From positions 3,315,538-3,379,537 of the forward strand of contig OZ037772.1 in NCBI GenBank assembly GCA_964035545.1: 64,000 nucleotides of DNA, read 5' to 3'. Below the pieces are notes generated by a model that ran no database searches, was not told the origin of the DNA, and saw only the letters and a program-made list of their open reading frames with translations. Both the position numbers and the translations under genes were made by a program. This document shows positions 31,673 through 46,068 of this stretch, in pieces (the first letter of the stretch is position 1; each line of letters begins with the position of its first letter). The DNA comes from Bugula neritina. Lineage: Eukaryota; Animalia; Bryozoa.

Positions 31673-32339
31673 TATTATTCAACATACAAATGAGATGCTC
31701 TTGTCAGTCTATAATGATGAATATTATACACTGGAACTGGGTTACTCTCTCACCTCCCCTCACTTTAGCTCAGCTAGACCAGATCTTCCCAAGTGATGAA
31801 GATTTTTATTTCTAAAAGTTTCACAGTTTGTTACCAGCTCTTTGAGCTCTTGCTTTGTTTTCAAGATTACATGTACTGTATATGTATAACTACAACTCCT
31901 TCATTTTATGTAGTTCATATATTTATCCACACTACACTCTACAATCTAAGTTTACTTCTACATCCATGTGTCTATTATTCACTCTACCCTAGCTGCTACC
32001 CCTCCTACTACGAATGAAGGTTTAGAAGTTTGAATTGGAAGCAAAACCAACAGGAAGTTTAAGCAGCAATGCAAGCTCATTTCTATAAACTATACACACT
32101 GCATACATATAGTGGATATATGTCCTGTGTTCCAGTACAATCATCACATCATCACTCTTCATTATAGCTGCATCAATCCTTTCAAAGCTGAACTCAAGTT
32201 GTGACCTTGACATAATTCTATGATACAACTATCCTCACACTCAATAAATTATTAGAAAAAGAACCTGTTCCAGAGATATCTTTCAAAAAGCATTTCTGCG
32301 AATATATTTGAACTTTTACCATTATTTGACAGTATTTCT

Positions 32340-32859
32340 CTGAGCTACCTTTATAAGAGAGTTACATGAGAGTGTCATTGAGCTGGTTTGCAGTGAAGGA
32401 TGATTTGATGAATTCTGTGTTTTCACAAGCAAACTCTACCCACACATTGCTGACAAAACTTTAACAGTTTTAGTGCCATTCAGCACCACGTTTTTATATA
32501 AGATAGGATTCCTTCAATTAATATGCTAATGGTTAGGAATCAGCAAATAAACTGCCTTGACCTGCAAAGTGACCTACAATGTACAGCTTGTCAAAACCCA
32601 AGTCAAACTTAAGCAAGCTGCAGCACAAATTCACCAGCTGCAGCCATAGTATTAATAATTGAACTGCTCTGTGCTTTTTACATGCATAATATAATAATCA
32701 TAATCTTATATTATAATCAAATATACTAGAACAAATATAAACTTTTATTGTATATTATGCCTATCATTCATAAATTGCACTTTTAGAAAGAGGGAAACTT
32801 AATAGTAAACAGTTATGGAAGGGGAGATGATATGGTATGAAAAAGGTTTGGAACCACTG
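32340..32859 (+). mobile_element. hAT (Charlie/Buster-type) 3' relic with transposase dimerisation domain and right TIR
   Basis: EFCVFTSKLYPHIADKTLTVLVPFSTTFLYKIGF resembles FW...YPxL...L.PFxTTYLCExGFS. Ends AAAGGTTTGGAACCACTG followed by AGGTAGAG. Confidence 0.72.
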
Positions 32860-34789
32860 AGGTAGAGGAACCACCATACTTCTACCATAGCATCACATCC
32901 CTCTGCCATCTTGATTGCAGCCTGCCAATTAAGAAAATTCAGGATTAATCAGATGTTCAGTGATGTCGCTGAATATGCTAGTACTAAACAGCTCAACTTA
33001 AACATAATAAAAATATTTTACATAATGAAAGTACAAACAAAAAGATGCAAGTGCTAGCTGACACTCAAGACTACTAATAAGAGACAAAGTCCTTGTAAAG
33101 ATTTTGCTACTAAAAAGGACATAGATGTTATGGGTATTTTTGTAATTTGAAAATATACAGGACCGGAACTGGATATTCTAAAATAGCTCAATTGAAAAAC
33201 ATGCACACTTGGTGCCCTGTATAATTTTTCAGATTTCAACCTAAGAGTTGTCTCTCTTCGACGCTAAAATATAGGAATGCAACATTTCTTTCACGTGATT
33301 ATTATAGAGCTGACCATTTGTAGTCGGGTGACGTGAAATAATCCTTCTGCGCGCAGAACTTCCTCGTTATTTTGGTTTTATTGTGCCTCATCTCAGTTAC
33401 TACTTACTAGTTACCAAGTTTCTTACCAGTTTACAGACTGACACTATTGACTCTCGTGAGGTGAGAACAGTTTGAGTCATCTCATCATTTCTCAAATTAA
33501 TCAGGTACCCGTACTTTAATACTTGCAGTTAGATTTACTATTTTAGTATTTACTATAAAAATTTAGTATTTTACTATTTTAATTCTAGATTTACTTTTAC
33601 TTTTAGTTTTAGTTTCACTTTTAGCCTTAAGGCTTTAGGTTTAAGTCTAGGCTTATAACTTATATAATACCAATATAATATTAAGCTTAAGACTAAGTTA
33701 TATTTAAATTATAAGTTATATAAATTAAAATTCTTACAGTTAATCATAATGTTATAATATTAATTAAATATAATATTAATTGTTTCTCTTTGAGTCTTTG
33801 ATTTGAAATTTACAATAGACATAGTAATACTATAGCCCATAGGCATATGATCAATAATTAATTAATTATAATGATTTATCGAATAATATAAATATGAATA
33901 TCGTATTAAATTTAATGATATTAAATTTATTATTATTATAAAAAATTTAATCGACTTCAAGTTTAGGTTCAAGTTTTAATACTGAAAAATTGATCTACTA
34001 GTAGTAGTACTAGTACTACTGCTAGTACTACTACGTCTACAGTAGTAGTAGTGGTAGTAGCCTACGATTACAGATTACTATTACGTACTATAAGTATTAG
34101 TCTATTAGTAATACATGTACTATTAGATTACTCTTAGTATTGCTATTCGATTTACTGTTGGTATAACTAAGTATTTCAGTTTCGCACTATTTTATTTATA
34201 TATATATTTGTATTAACTTTAAGTATTACTATTAGTAATCACAATTAGTATTGATATTGCATCTCCTATTAGGATTACTGCTATTACTATTAGTATTGTT
34301 GTATGAGTAATTACTAATTAGTATTAGTAATTTTTACTCATTGCATTACATTTACTATAAGTATAACTATAAAGTGTAAGTTACTATTATTGCTCTACTA
34401 TAACTATCAGTATTAGATTTAGTGTTGCAGTTGGTTTTACTGCCAGGTCCCCTACCATCATTAAATTTATTTATAATGATAATCTTGGTGATTATCACCC
34501 AATATTGACCCATATGACTAGGTTAGCCACATTTATATGATCTACTATTGTTGTAAACATAAAAATATGAGGTTAGTGTTAATAAATCATTTGCTAGGTA
34601 AGAGTGTAGAATAAATAATTGGCTAGAGATGAGTGTAGAAGCTGCTAACTCATGAAACAACTACACCTGACCTAACAGAAGCACGAACATGTTAAATTAG
34701 TATGTTCCACACCACCATAGTTTCTATTAGATGATTAGAATAGCAAACTAGCAGTTGATGGCTATTTCCCTGGCTGGTGGAAGAGTGAA

Positions 34790-35400
34790 TCTAAGTAACA
34801 TATTAATATCTTGGTGTGTTAGTGGATCAGAATTTGAGATTTCATAAACATGTACAATCAGTAGTTACAACAGTATCAAGAAGAATGTATATTGTGAAGA
34901 ATTTTGCATATCTTAGCTCTAAACCTCTAGCAAATATGTTATTCAAAAGTTTCATCTTGTCCCGCATCGCCTATTGTCTACCTACTATTTTTACTTGTAT
35001 CTATGCCAGTGATAAAAAAGCCATTCGAAGGATTTTCAAAGATTGCTCAAAACTTGGGATTGAGTATCTAAACATTGATTTGCACATTCAGAAACTCACT
35101 AAAGAACTTGCCATCAAATATATAATAGACAATGACCATTTCATCAATAACTTTCTGAGTCAATGCCCCTCTGGAAGATATCGAACTATCAAATATAGAG
35201 GGGCATGGGGCAGAGATAGCTTCTTGCGACATCTTGTAAATACTTTAAACGAGCTTTTATTTTAAATAGTCTAACAGAGTTTTGACTTTTTCTCTTAATT
35301 TTGTTCATGCCTAGTTATGTTATAATCAGCATTTACACTGAATTTTGCAACGTGTTGTCTTGTTTGTGATATGTAATAAATCAATCAATCAATCAAATCA
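34790..35400 (+). mobile_element. 5'-truncated LINE (CR1/L2-like) with microsatellite tail
   Basis: LGVLVDQNLRFHKHVQSVVTTVSRRMY...FKSFILSRIAYC; ends AATAAA(TCAA)n. Confidence 0.8.
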
Positions 35401-36081
35401 TGCATCACCAACACTGCAGAAATGTTAAAATGAATTTTGTCATTTAGATTATGGAGAAAACAAAGTATTTTCAACACCCAGCACAAAATATTTCATGAAA
35501 CTATGTTTTCTCCCACTGCTATGTTTCCCCCTATTTTGTGTCTTAGCGTGAGCCCACGCAATGTATCTAGCCCAAAAATGGGCAGGTAACATTGTAAAAC
35601 TGGCTAATATTTTTGAATGAGGGGATAAGCAGCTGAGCCCAATTGTGCTGTTTGTTCATAAAAGTAATACATAACTCACTGGTATTCATGTTTCACTTCT
35701 CCTCTATATATTAGAAACACTTGGTTAGTGGTGTTCAATAGAAGTAGAATAATAGTGTTCACTGAAGCACACAACATCGCTTCATATTTATTGTATAAGG
35801 AGTTTGAGTCACCAGCAAAAACCTATTCAGTGATTACAATGGAAACAATACAGCCTTTGTTAGAGAGTTAAAGCTGTGAGCTCAGCATGTTGTAGCTGAC
35901 TATCATGTATACCAGTGTTATTAACTGCCTTTGTTTAACAGAATTGTTCATGTCTTTATTTTGTATGGTTTGTTGTTAATGGTTAAGTCTTTGATTTGGA
36001 AACCTTCACAGATGTAGTGTGAAATATTATGCTAAGAGTATATGTGCATCTTTTACAGGATTTCCTTATCATATAACCAAG

Positions 36082-39000
36082 ATGGCAGAATCCAGAGTCG
36101 TGAAAAAGAGACTCAACAATTCATATCGCTGTGGGTACTGCTCGCAGTACTTCAACAAACTTGAAGATCCCAGAACTCTGCCCTGTCTGCATGTGTACTG
36201 CATGAGATGTTTGAAGACTGACATCGGTGGTAGGAAGGATCATATCAGATGTGCTTATTGTAGGTGAGTTACAGTACATAACACAATATATCATGTCATA
36301 GGCTTGCGTATGATTTTCTCACTATCATCTAGGAGTTGTCTGATCTGTGTCTATGAAAAGCAAACAATACTGTGTGTTCTATGTGAACTCTGGTTACTAA
36401 CTTGTGGAGTGTGTGGATATCTTTTCATTGGGTAGAGAAAATAACTGTTATGTAGATTACATCATCAGCTGTCCTCTCTTGTTGAATTGTGGTGCTGTTG
36501 GATGTCATGGGATTGGGGTTGTCTCCTCATTATATTATTTTGTTCTCATACAGTACAAGACTTGTTAGACCAACCTTTTTCATATCATTCCCACTTTCAT
36601 AAATGTTTACTATTAATTATCCCCCCTTTAAAAAACGAAAAAATTTATGACTGACATAATGATAATATAGATTACTATGCAATATTTTTCCTATTACATT
36701 TGAATATAATATAGTTATTTCTGATAACTATATTATGCATGTATAAAACACAGAGCAGTTCAATTATTAATATTATGGCTGCAGCTGATGACATTGTGTC
36801 AGCTTGCTTTCAAACCTCCCACCCCAACCCCTAAACCCCAACCCCAATATTGTAATTAAAACACATTTATGTAGAAGTAGACTGAGGTGACAGAATTGGT
36901 TAAATAGATAAGCTAAGATGAATGCTTATAGATATACATGTACATGTAACTTGCAAGAGCTCAAAAGTCTTTAACAAACTGCTTGAAATTTTCAAAATCG
37001 AAATCCAGGCTCCCCCTAAAAAGCCCAAATTCCCTCTTATAGGGGGATTCTCCCAGGTTGGGAACCACTGTGTTGGATTGACTTGTGTTTACTATCTTCT
37101 TTCCTGCAATTAGAAACATGTATGATGTTGTCATGACAACAGAGTTGCTGTGGCACAAAGTACAGTTTACTAGTATGTAGTGATTGTGTAGTGAGAGTGG
37201 AGTGTCTGGTTATTGTCCATGGTTATGTGTGATCTGTAAGGAATAGAATTATATTATTTTAATATAATGTTGAGAGAGGTACTTTTATGATGGCAGTTTG
37301 CTCAATAGCTTTAGTTCTTATGCGATAGACTCATAGCTCTAGACTCTAGAGTCTAGCAGCTGCTACTATTACCACTAGCTGTTCAAAGTTCTGCCAACAT
37401 CCGGGCTGCCAAAGCATAATAGCCATTGACAAGGCCAAGCAGTCACTGGGAAATTATTTGACTGAAGAGCACGTCTTATGACAATTAGTAGTCAGTCCCT
37501 TAGACAGGAATCAGTGATTCTGTGACCTATTTAGTTAAATTCAATGCTGAAATTTTGATAGAATATTAGATAGCCATCACAATTGTATTTGGTACAATGT
37601 AATATTATGGGGTGCCAATCAGTGTCTAATATAATCTGTGAATTGAGTGTTTCCTTTAGCTTTGATGAGTTGGTACTTCTTCTACCATCAGTCAGTTGTA
37701 TTAAGTGTTGCTTTGTACTGAGTCATGAATAGTGTTGAGGATTTGGGCCTATATTATGCCAACCCCCCCCCCCTCTGACTTAGACTGTGACCCAACCTGC
37801 TGCACATACATAGTAGTACTACACTGAAGATAGTTAAATGGATTACTAACTACAACTTATCCTATCACTGCGTTTCCATGAAGGCGAATGAATGCGTACG
37901 GGTGCCCGTACGGATTGCATCGAAGGAAAAACCACACGTTCCTATGCAATCCGTACGAAGTTATCTTCTCTTTGCAACTGTGATAATTAATATGGCCAAC
38001 TTTGAGTTTGAGTTCATGCACAACGACAATTTTTTAATTCTGTCCCCATTTTTGATAGATTAAATCAACTAAATACACAAACTTTGAGTCAGTTTATTTA
38101 AACTATAAACCAATGAAAGCATAACGTATTTCTTGATCGATAAACAAAAGCTTAAAGTTGCGTTTATACCTTCACGATTTTCGGTCAAAATTTCAATTTG
38201 GCCGGGTTGAAATTTCTCCTAGTTGCATTGCATTGTAAAAGCCACTCGTTGAAATTTTTGTACTGTGATAACTTAATCGGCCAATTTTAGAATAGGAGTA
38301 ATAACTCCTTGTAAACTTCATTATTTAGTTATTACTTTGGCGATTAGACAACGTACTTATACGGTTATAATTATATAGCCTACGCCTTCTCAATTATCAC
38401 TTTTATGGTTTCCGCTTCACTAATTCACGACGTTTACAAAGGGCATCAAATAGCTATTATGCGAGTCAAATTTCAATTTCAGAAAGTGAGCAACCGCATC
38501 AATATGATTTCAACGAGTTTCAGTTTGACTATAAAGGGGTACCCGGACAAGCATGATTAACTTAAACTCGGTACTTTTTTTCAGCAGAGGTATAAACGCA
38601 ACTTTAGGTGAGATATACTGTTAGGTGAGACATACTGTTAGGTGGGATATACTGTTAGGTGAGATATACTGTTAGGTGGGATATACTGTTAGGTGAGATA
38701 TACTGTTAGGTGGGATATACTGTTAGGTGGGATATACTGTTAGGTGAGTCATGTTATTAACTTATTAACTTAAACTCGGTACTTTTTTCAGCAGAGGTAT
38801 AAACGCAACTTAAAAGTAATTTAAATTTTCAAAATGAAATTAGCTGTCAACTTATTTTTAGCTTGAGAAAGCTTTGGCTTGCAGAATAGTTTTATAAATT
38901 TAAGATGATTAGTAATTATTTTAAATAATAGCAGCTAGGATAAATAAAATAATTTAAATTTTTAAAAGTCGAAGTACACTTTAGCGTAGGTTGTAACCTA

Positions 39001-40642
39001 TAATTATTGTTAGCATCGCGTAACTATGCAACTAGCCGCCACAAATGCTGATCTCTGCCTCCGGCACAAAAGGAACCATTTCCATGATGCGCATAATGCG
39101 AAGGAAATTTTTCATCGAAGGAGCCGTTCGGTGTAATTTCCGGCTGCGGTTTTGCTTCGATGCAACTGTTTCCATAGGGCGAATGAGAAAATCCATTCGC
39201 ATAATGCGATAATGGAAACGCAGTGTATGACTCACTCTTCTTATGATAGCTGCACGAGATAGGCAACACTCACACGTGACACGCACTCACAGTGCACTAG
39301 CTCTTGACACATTGCCAAGGATGATGAAATGACAGTTTCGCACCACTCCTAGCAGTTAGCCTAGGGCCACACGATGCGCGTTGAGAAAACGTTCGCACTT
39401 GTCGCTCTGCATTTTCAACGCAAGTGCGAATCGTCTCTGTCGTCGTCACCTAATTGGCTGGTAGTTATTCAGCGAGCCCAATTTCTTTATTTAGTGCTAT
39501 ATTCCAGTAAATTGCGTTTTATTGAAAGCGAGTGCGATTTAAAAATGAAAGCTTTATTTATCACGCATCACTGACGCTACAGTGGACACCTTTGCTACCC
39601 GTGATTTTAATTTTCGCATGCGAAAATACGCACCGTGTGGCCCTAGGCTAAGAGTGGCAGGGAATAGTTGTAGTATGTTGTAGTATTGGCTCCTCAGAAT
39701 TCACTCCTCAGTAATTAGTTGCATTGCACAAACTTGCAACAAAAGTGAATAATTATTGACAATATGGCCCCCACTCAGTAGTTAACTAGTAATTTGTCTT
39801 GTCATTTTACTCTACAAGTTACAGTTGAGTCTATTTGTTGAGTAGCAGTTCTTTGTCATGAGTGACTATTTTCCAGCATATTAGTACATAATATAGTCAA
39901 GTGTGTTTGTGTGATAGCCTGTGGTCTATATAATGAATGTGTGTTGATGAGTTATGAGTATTTATTTGAGTATTTGTCAAAGACACAGCTGTGTGTGTGG
40001 ATGGAGTATTTCATTACTTGAGATATACTAAACACAGCTAACACAGTTAACACACTGATTGCTATATATTGTAGGAAAGATCACTATGACATCACGGATC
40101 CCACAACACTACCAGTAGCTCAGCATGGAGACCCCTTAGAATACAAGTCTCCACCCAAACCGGCACCCATTCCCTGCGATGTGTGTAAAGGTGGAACACA
40201 AGCTGCTGTGTTTTGTCTTGAGAGTCGAAAGAAATTGTGTCAGCAGCATCAAGAAGTGAGTCTTTCTTATATAATTTCTCAAGATTAGTTTATAAACCAG
40301 TTCTGGATTGTATGTAGAATATTATTGAAAAGAAATGTTGAGTCTGTGTGACTTTTTATACTCAACACACAGTTTCACAGTGCAGTGAGTCAACTATGAC
40401 AGACTTGTTGGTGAAAATACAACCAACTAAACTGTTGACCTTTATTATACAGAATCACAGAGAGCTGATGGGAGATAGACATCAGTTTATTGACATTGAG
40501 GTCTACAGAGCTTCTCCCCAAAGATATACTATAACTGAATGTGAACATCATAAAGAGGAACAGCTGACAGAAGTGTGTTCCAAGTGTCACCAGATATTCT
40601 GTATGAGATGTGATATGAGGACTGGCTGTAAGGATGAGACAG
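36082..40642 (+). CDS. TRIM-type E3 ligase 5' part: RING (36082-36263), B-box 1 (40075-40255), B-box 2 (40453-40642); no downstream exons found
   Basis: CGYC...PRTLPCLHVYCMRC...CAYC, CDVC...FC...LCQQH and CEHHKEEQLTEVCSKCHQIFCMRC. GT/AG junctions are phase-compatible. May be a truncated copy. Confidence 0.85.
36565..37070. mobile_element. Degraded hAT-Charlie-type MITE
   Basis: Right end GGTTGGGAACCACTG and subterminal homology to 41390-41514; left end eroded. Confidence 0.55.
38156..38810. mobile_element. Kolobok-like (TTAA) MITE with duplicated right end
   Basis: TTAA|AGTTGCGTTTATACCT; matching end AGGTATAAACGCAACT at 38588-38603 and again at 38795-38810. Related fragment at about 53868-54200. 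Confidence 0.7.
38604..38748. repeat. Minisatellite, 17-bp unit TTAGGTG(A/G)GATATACTG
   Basis: About 8 units. Confidence 0.92.
39359..39648. mobile_element. 290-bp MITE
   Basis: TIR GCCTAGGGCCACACG / CGTGTGGCCCTAGGC flanked by TA. Confidence 0.8.
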
Positions 40643-40896
40643 GTATTTACTTGCTGTTTCTATTTCTGTAGTAAGAAACTGAGAAATATTACAAGAACCT
40701 GTTATTCATTATTTTATTATTAAAGTGAGTTATGTAACAGTAAAAGAGGAAGTAAGTTTGACAGCATTAAGGTTTGTGTGAGACAGAAGTGGATAGTGCA
40801 GGAGTTTATATTCTCACTGTTATGTTGAATATTTAGTATATTTCATCCTTCAAGTGTCTGTTTCCTTGATAAGATGGTATAGGCATAGCTTTAACT

Positions 40897-41514
40897 CAGT
40901 TGTGTCCCACCTTCTTCATACCATCTCCCTTCTTATAAATATTTTCTTTTAAGTTTCCGCCTTTTGATAAAATTGTAATTTTTATTTGTGAAGAAAATCT
41001 GAGACATGGGTTGTTTTCCTAATAATTTATTGAGTGTAGGAAAAGGCCAGTGTGTTTGACATGGATTAGTGTCTGCCGCAACTTCAGTTCAGCTTTGAAA
41101 GCAGTGATGCTGGTATTAAAAGCAGTGAGTTGATAATTATACTCATTCATTTTAGGTTCAAAGTTTTTAGTACAGCAAATATATCTACTAGGTATGCAAT
41201 AAGTAGTTTATGGAGATCAGATTGACTCACTGCAAAAACTTGCTGTTGGTTTTTACTTTCAAGAAACTTTTTAACCTCCATTCATAGTATAGGAGGGGTA
41301 GCAGCTAGGGTAGAAAAGGAAAAGGCACTTTGTGTTTGACATGAATCAGTGTCTGTCACAACTTCAGTTTAGTTATAGTTATACATTTACATGTAACCTG
41401 GAAAACAAGGCAAGAGCTCAAAGAGCTGGTAAACTGTGTGAATTTTTGAGAAATGAAACCCCTGAAAAACCCAAATTCCCTGCAAGGGGAATTTCCCAAG
41501 GTTGGGAGCCACTG
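40897..41514. mobile_element. hAT-Charlie-type MITE
   Basis: CAGTTGTGTCCCACC...GGTTGGGAGCCACTG, flanks CTTTAACT / CTCTAACA (6 of 8 match). Confidence 0.6.
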
Positions 41515-42076
41515 CTCTAACATTTTCAATTATATTATTCCAAGTGCAGCAATTAATGAGCTAACCTGTGAAATATTTCTAGTCCAACCAACTCTGTAGT
41601 TGTTACATGTTTATTAGATTCCTGATTGCATGACAAGAAACAATTTGATTGGCTACTCAATGCTATTGTTTGCACAGCAATGGAATGTATAACATTGTGA
41701 ATGGTTGGAATAAATTTACTTAGTCATGTTGGAGTTACTTGCACCTGCATGTCAATTCAGTGTATAAATTCTCCCACAGACAAGTCATTTACAGTTACTG
41801 CTCCAGTAAAGATTATTTTTTAGTAAGTGAACTCAACTTGAACTAAAGCTAATGAGGCATGAAAACAGACTATATTTTCGCTAGCAAATAAACTTTATTA
41901 GATGGTAAAATGGCAACATATATTTGATACAGAAAAACATCTCATATCTAACTATAATTACAGAGTGTGTGTATTGATGAATTGTAATGAATATAATTAT
42001 GTTGATGACAAATATTATCCATTTTATCTCTCAGTACCTCACTGAGCTGATTATTAGTAAACTGTAGCTGATAAGT

Positions 42077-42210
42077 TTAGTATTTTATTGTGTATCTCCT
42101 CAGTCCATCTTCACATGCTAGAAACACTGTGTCTCTGTTATACACAGCAATGTCCCACACCAAGTCACTAACACCAAGACTTTCTCTGGGAATCGTTACC
42201 ATCAGTTTAC
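42077..42210 (-). pseudogene. Orphan terminal exon, beta-propeller (NHL-like) blade, frameshifted
   Basis: After an AG acceptor: KLMVTIPRE(fs)SLGVSDLVWDIAVYNRDTVFLACEDGLRRYTIKY*. Family assignment is by eye only. Confidence 0.5.
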
Positions 42211-42827
42211 CTTTAAAAATATAATGTCAGATTGAATCAGTTTGAGACAAACAGACAGACTACAGTAACATCACAACAGCTGACACCACTACAAGCAAGT
42301 TTTTACTTTCTAGTATAATATAGTAACTGAAATATATTCGATAATAATACATAAATTTCAAATATATTTCTCACTCAGAAAGACTTCCTTTAAAGATGCA
42401 ACTATGCAGATTATGTTGAAGATAATAAAGTTCTACCAGTCAGTATTGAATAATTCACTGAGCTGCTCTACTGTTTACTTCATAATAAATGACAACATGG
42501 AGAGACTCAACATAGAAATTTACCCCCTCAGCAAATATGATTATACAGGAGAGAAGATATATAATATAAGTATTACATACATGAAGTAAATATTCTAACA
42601 GAAAATAGTGTCTCATTATACAACTGTATTGACCTTGACTCACAAACTTAGCCTGTGGCTCTTATATAAAACACACCCACATGTCTACTTCTAATAATAC
42701 TGGTACTGCAGCTACTCCAACATTATCACATATTAAATACTTGACAAGAACCAACCACAGCCACCTGAGTCTCACCCGCAAACACTGCTCTACCAGCCAC
42801 CATCAAATTACACTAGTCTCAGTAATA

Positions 42828-43562
42828 ATTACATAATATAAGTTATATTACATAATATCAGATATATTACATAATATAAGATATATTACATAATATAAGA
42901 TATATTACATAATATCAGATATATTACATAATATAAGATATATTACATAATATAAGATATATTACATAATATAAGATATATTACATAGTATAAGATATAT
43001 TACATAGTATATTATATATTACATGATATAAGATATATTACATAATATAAGATATATTACATAATATAAGATATATTACATTATATAAGATATATTACAT
43101 AATATAAGATATATTACATAGTATAATATATATTACATGATATAAGATATATTACATGATATAAGATATATTACATGATATAAGATATATTACATGATAT
43201 AAGATATATTACATAACATAAGATATATTACATAATATAAGATATATTACATGATATAAGATATATTACATGATATAAGATATATTACATGATATAAGAT
43301 ATATTACATAATATAAGATATATTACATAATATTAGATATATTACATAATATTAGATATATTACATAATATAAGATATATCACATAATATAAGATATATC
43401 ACATAATATTAGATATATTACATAATATTAGATATATTACATAATATAAGATATATCACATAATATAAGATATATCACATAATATAAGATATATTACATA
43501 ATATAAGATATATTACATAATATAAGATATATTACATAATATAAGATATATTACATAATAAT
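42828..43562. repeat. Minisatellite, 19-bp unit GATATATTACATAATATAA
   Basis: About 38 tandem units. Confidence 0.95.
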
Positions 43563-43959
43563 TATATACTCTTTCTATAATGTATAATCTTGCATACACA
43601 TACAGCCATTAAAACCTCTTGCCATTTAGTTACAAGTTTATCAATTTAGACACAAAATGCATTTGATCTTCAGTCCCATGACTGTCAAAACAGCACATTT
43701 CACATTTATTGGTTATACAAGAGATTGTTTCCCAATAATAGCAGCGTTACTCTAAATTGAAAAAACTATAAAGTTATCAGCTAATTAAACAGAGTCATCT
43801 AAAGGATATAGATATAGAATAAGTATATTGAATAGAGTCATCTAAAGGGTATAGATATAGAATAAGTATATTGAATAGAGTCATCTAAAGGGTATAGATA
43901 TAGAATGGTAACCACAGACATCAGAAGAAGCAGAAGACACTTTCTACCACCAGACGTAC

Positions 43960-44121
43960 CTCTTTGAAGGGAAGCTCCCCGAGTAGGAATTGTCCCATCA
44001 TGACCATGCGGGCCACCCAGAAGAAGAGGATGTCCAGTCCACTCTCTAGCAGAGTACCCGGGTAGTAGGCTTGCAGGTCGGGGGTGTTATCTGGCCTCCC
44101 CATAGTCTAGCACATCCTCAT
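43960..44121 (-). pseudogene. VARS1: Valyl-tRNA synthetase internal exon relic
   Basis: EDVLD-(deletion of TWFSS..., frameshift)[37 protein letters not shown]...LPFKE, with AG/GT ends. Confidence 0.9.
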
Positions 44122-44304
44122 CTGTATAACAGGCAAGACATGGAACAATGTTCAGAGTTGTCTTCTCTGACAAACTGAAACTGGGGTTAATTTACTCAAA
44201 GGAAATGTCTAGTCCGTGAAGAAAAGAAAGTAAATTATCAATAAGTAGTTAGAGAAATGTAGCTCGCTGCTTTACTATAAATGAGAAGAGAGAGTTGGAG
44301 GTGT

Positions 44305-44530
44305 GTACATACTCAATACATACTCAATATATACCCAATATATACTCAATATATACTCAATAAATATTCAATACATACTCAATACATACTCAATATATAC
44401 TCAATATATACTCAATACATACTCAATATATACTCAATATATACTCAATATATACTCAATACATACTCAATACATACTCAATATATACTCAATATATACT
44501 CAATACATACTCAATATATACTCAATATAA
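44305..44530. repeat. Minisatellite, 11-bp unit ACTCAATA(C/T)AT
   Basis: About 20 units. Confidence 0.93.
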
Positions 44531-44827
44531 TATATTAAAATGACCCTTAGAATGTGTTCTACAGTTTCCACCTATTAATTTTTACTGTTGTTATGTTTTC
44601 CACCTATTTTCGGGCCAACTACACAAGCAGTTAGGGAAGCGCAACTCCTGTATTTTTATGTAACCAAAGTTTATCGCTTTTTTTACCACAAAAAGCTAAA
44701 TAGTGAAATTTGACTTTGTGCATGGCATCATGTTATCATAAAGTATGACTTCCCTTTATAATTTGAAATCTGTCATTTAGTTGTGAGCTTTTACATGGTG
44801 TCCACTTGGCTGCTGCGCATAGACAAA

Positions 44828-45858
44828 ATGAGAGCTGCAAATCTTACTTCAGAAGCAAGGTTTGTAATAATTTTTTTGCATAAGAAGGGATATTCAATTA
44901 GGAAAATATCTGAAAAGGTTGGCAAAGCAAAGACAACTGTACATCAAATTATCAAGAAGTTTATGGAGACTGGCAGTGTAGCAGATGGACCTAAAAGTGG
45001 ACGACTAAAAATAAGCACATCGAGAGATTACAAGGTTCTCATTGGGATCAGCAAAAAGGATTGCCATAAAACAAGTCATGAGTTGGCAAGGAAGGGTCAG
45101 AATCAACAAGAACACCAGCTTAGACATTTCTGATGAGGTAAGATTGCTGAGCCTTGGTTTACATGGCCGCAAAGCAAGAGGAAGCCTCTACCAACCGAGA
45201 AGCAGCAAAAAAACCGTTTACGGTGGGCCAGGGAGTATGGTAGTTAGACAGTGAATGATTAGAAAAAAAGTAATTATTTCAGATGAATCCATATTTAATG
45301 TGAATAGTCATCCTGAAAAGATTGTGTTAGAAGATACCAGTATGAGAAATATAGCCGCCAATGTATACTTAGAACAATTAGGCACTCTATAATCAGTGTT
45401 ATGTTTTGGGGTTGTATAACATCAAAAGGTGTAGGTGGACTCAGTATTTGCTCTGGAATGATGTTAGTAGTTAGTACCCAAAAATATATAAATAATCTCA
45501 ATGCTAAACTTCTTCCAATTATAAAAACCTTTTTTCCAGATGTAATTTACATATTTCAAGATGACAATGCACCATGTCATTGGTCGAAGAGTGTTAAAAA
45601 GTGAATAAAAAAGTAGACGGTCTCAACGCTCAACTGGCAAGCACGAAGCCCTAACTTGAACCCTATGAAATATTATGATTAAGAATGGCTAAAAAAGTCT
45701 TCTCAAAGAAGCCAGCAACTAAGGTGACACTCACAGAGTCTGTAATTCATGCATGGCATCATGTCGTGACTGAAAATGAGTTGGAGAAGCTGTACGAGTC
45801 GATGCCTCGTCACTGTCGACTTCTGATTAGGAATAAAGGCTGGCCAACAAAATGTTGA
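44828..45858 (+). pseudogene. Tc1-type DDE transposase pseudogene
   Basis: HTH (GYSIRKISEKVG...SGR), IISDES, MFWGCI, FQDDNAPCH, SPNLNPME; several stops and frameshifts. Confidence 0.9.
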
Positions 45859-46068
45859 CACTAAAATTGAGTGCACTGTGTGTTGCAATGCTGCTATAAG
45901 GTGTATAACAAACCCCAAAAAATATTTTTCTATATTTTAAGTAAAATAATTATTCTGATGTCATACAGTGCACACAAATTGTAAGAACATCGAATAATTC
46001 CCATATACGGATAGTATTTCAATGTTTCACCCAAAATTTGAAAAAAATATAAAAAGAGACAGTAATAA

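Larger units (their letters stand above)
37866..39225. mobile_element. PIF/Harbinger-like non-autonomous element
   Basis: TIR CACTGCGTTTCCAT / ATGGAAACGCAGTG with 3-bp TAT on both sides. Confidence 0.75.

Noticed and set aside
31102-31815. Long Tyr/Ile-rich ORFs (also 25757-26223, 44281-44538)
   Set aside because: Translations of minisatellites.
38604-38748. Interstitial telomeric TTAGG repeats
   Set aside because: TTAGG occurs once per 17-bp unit, not as a tandem telomeric array.
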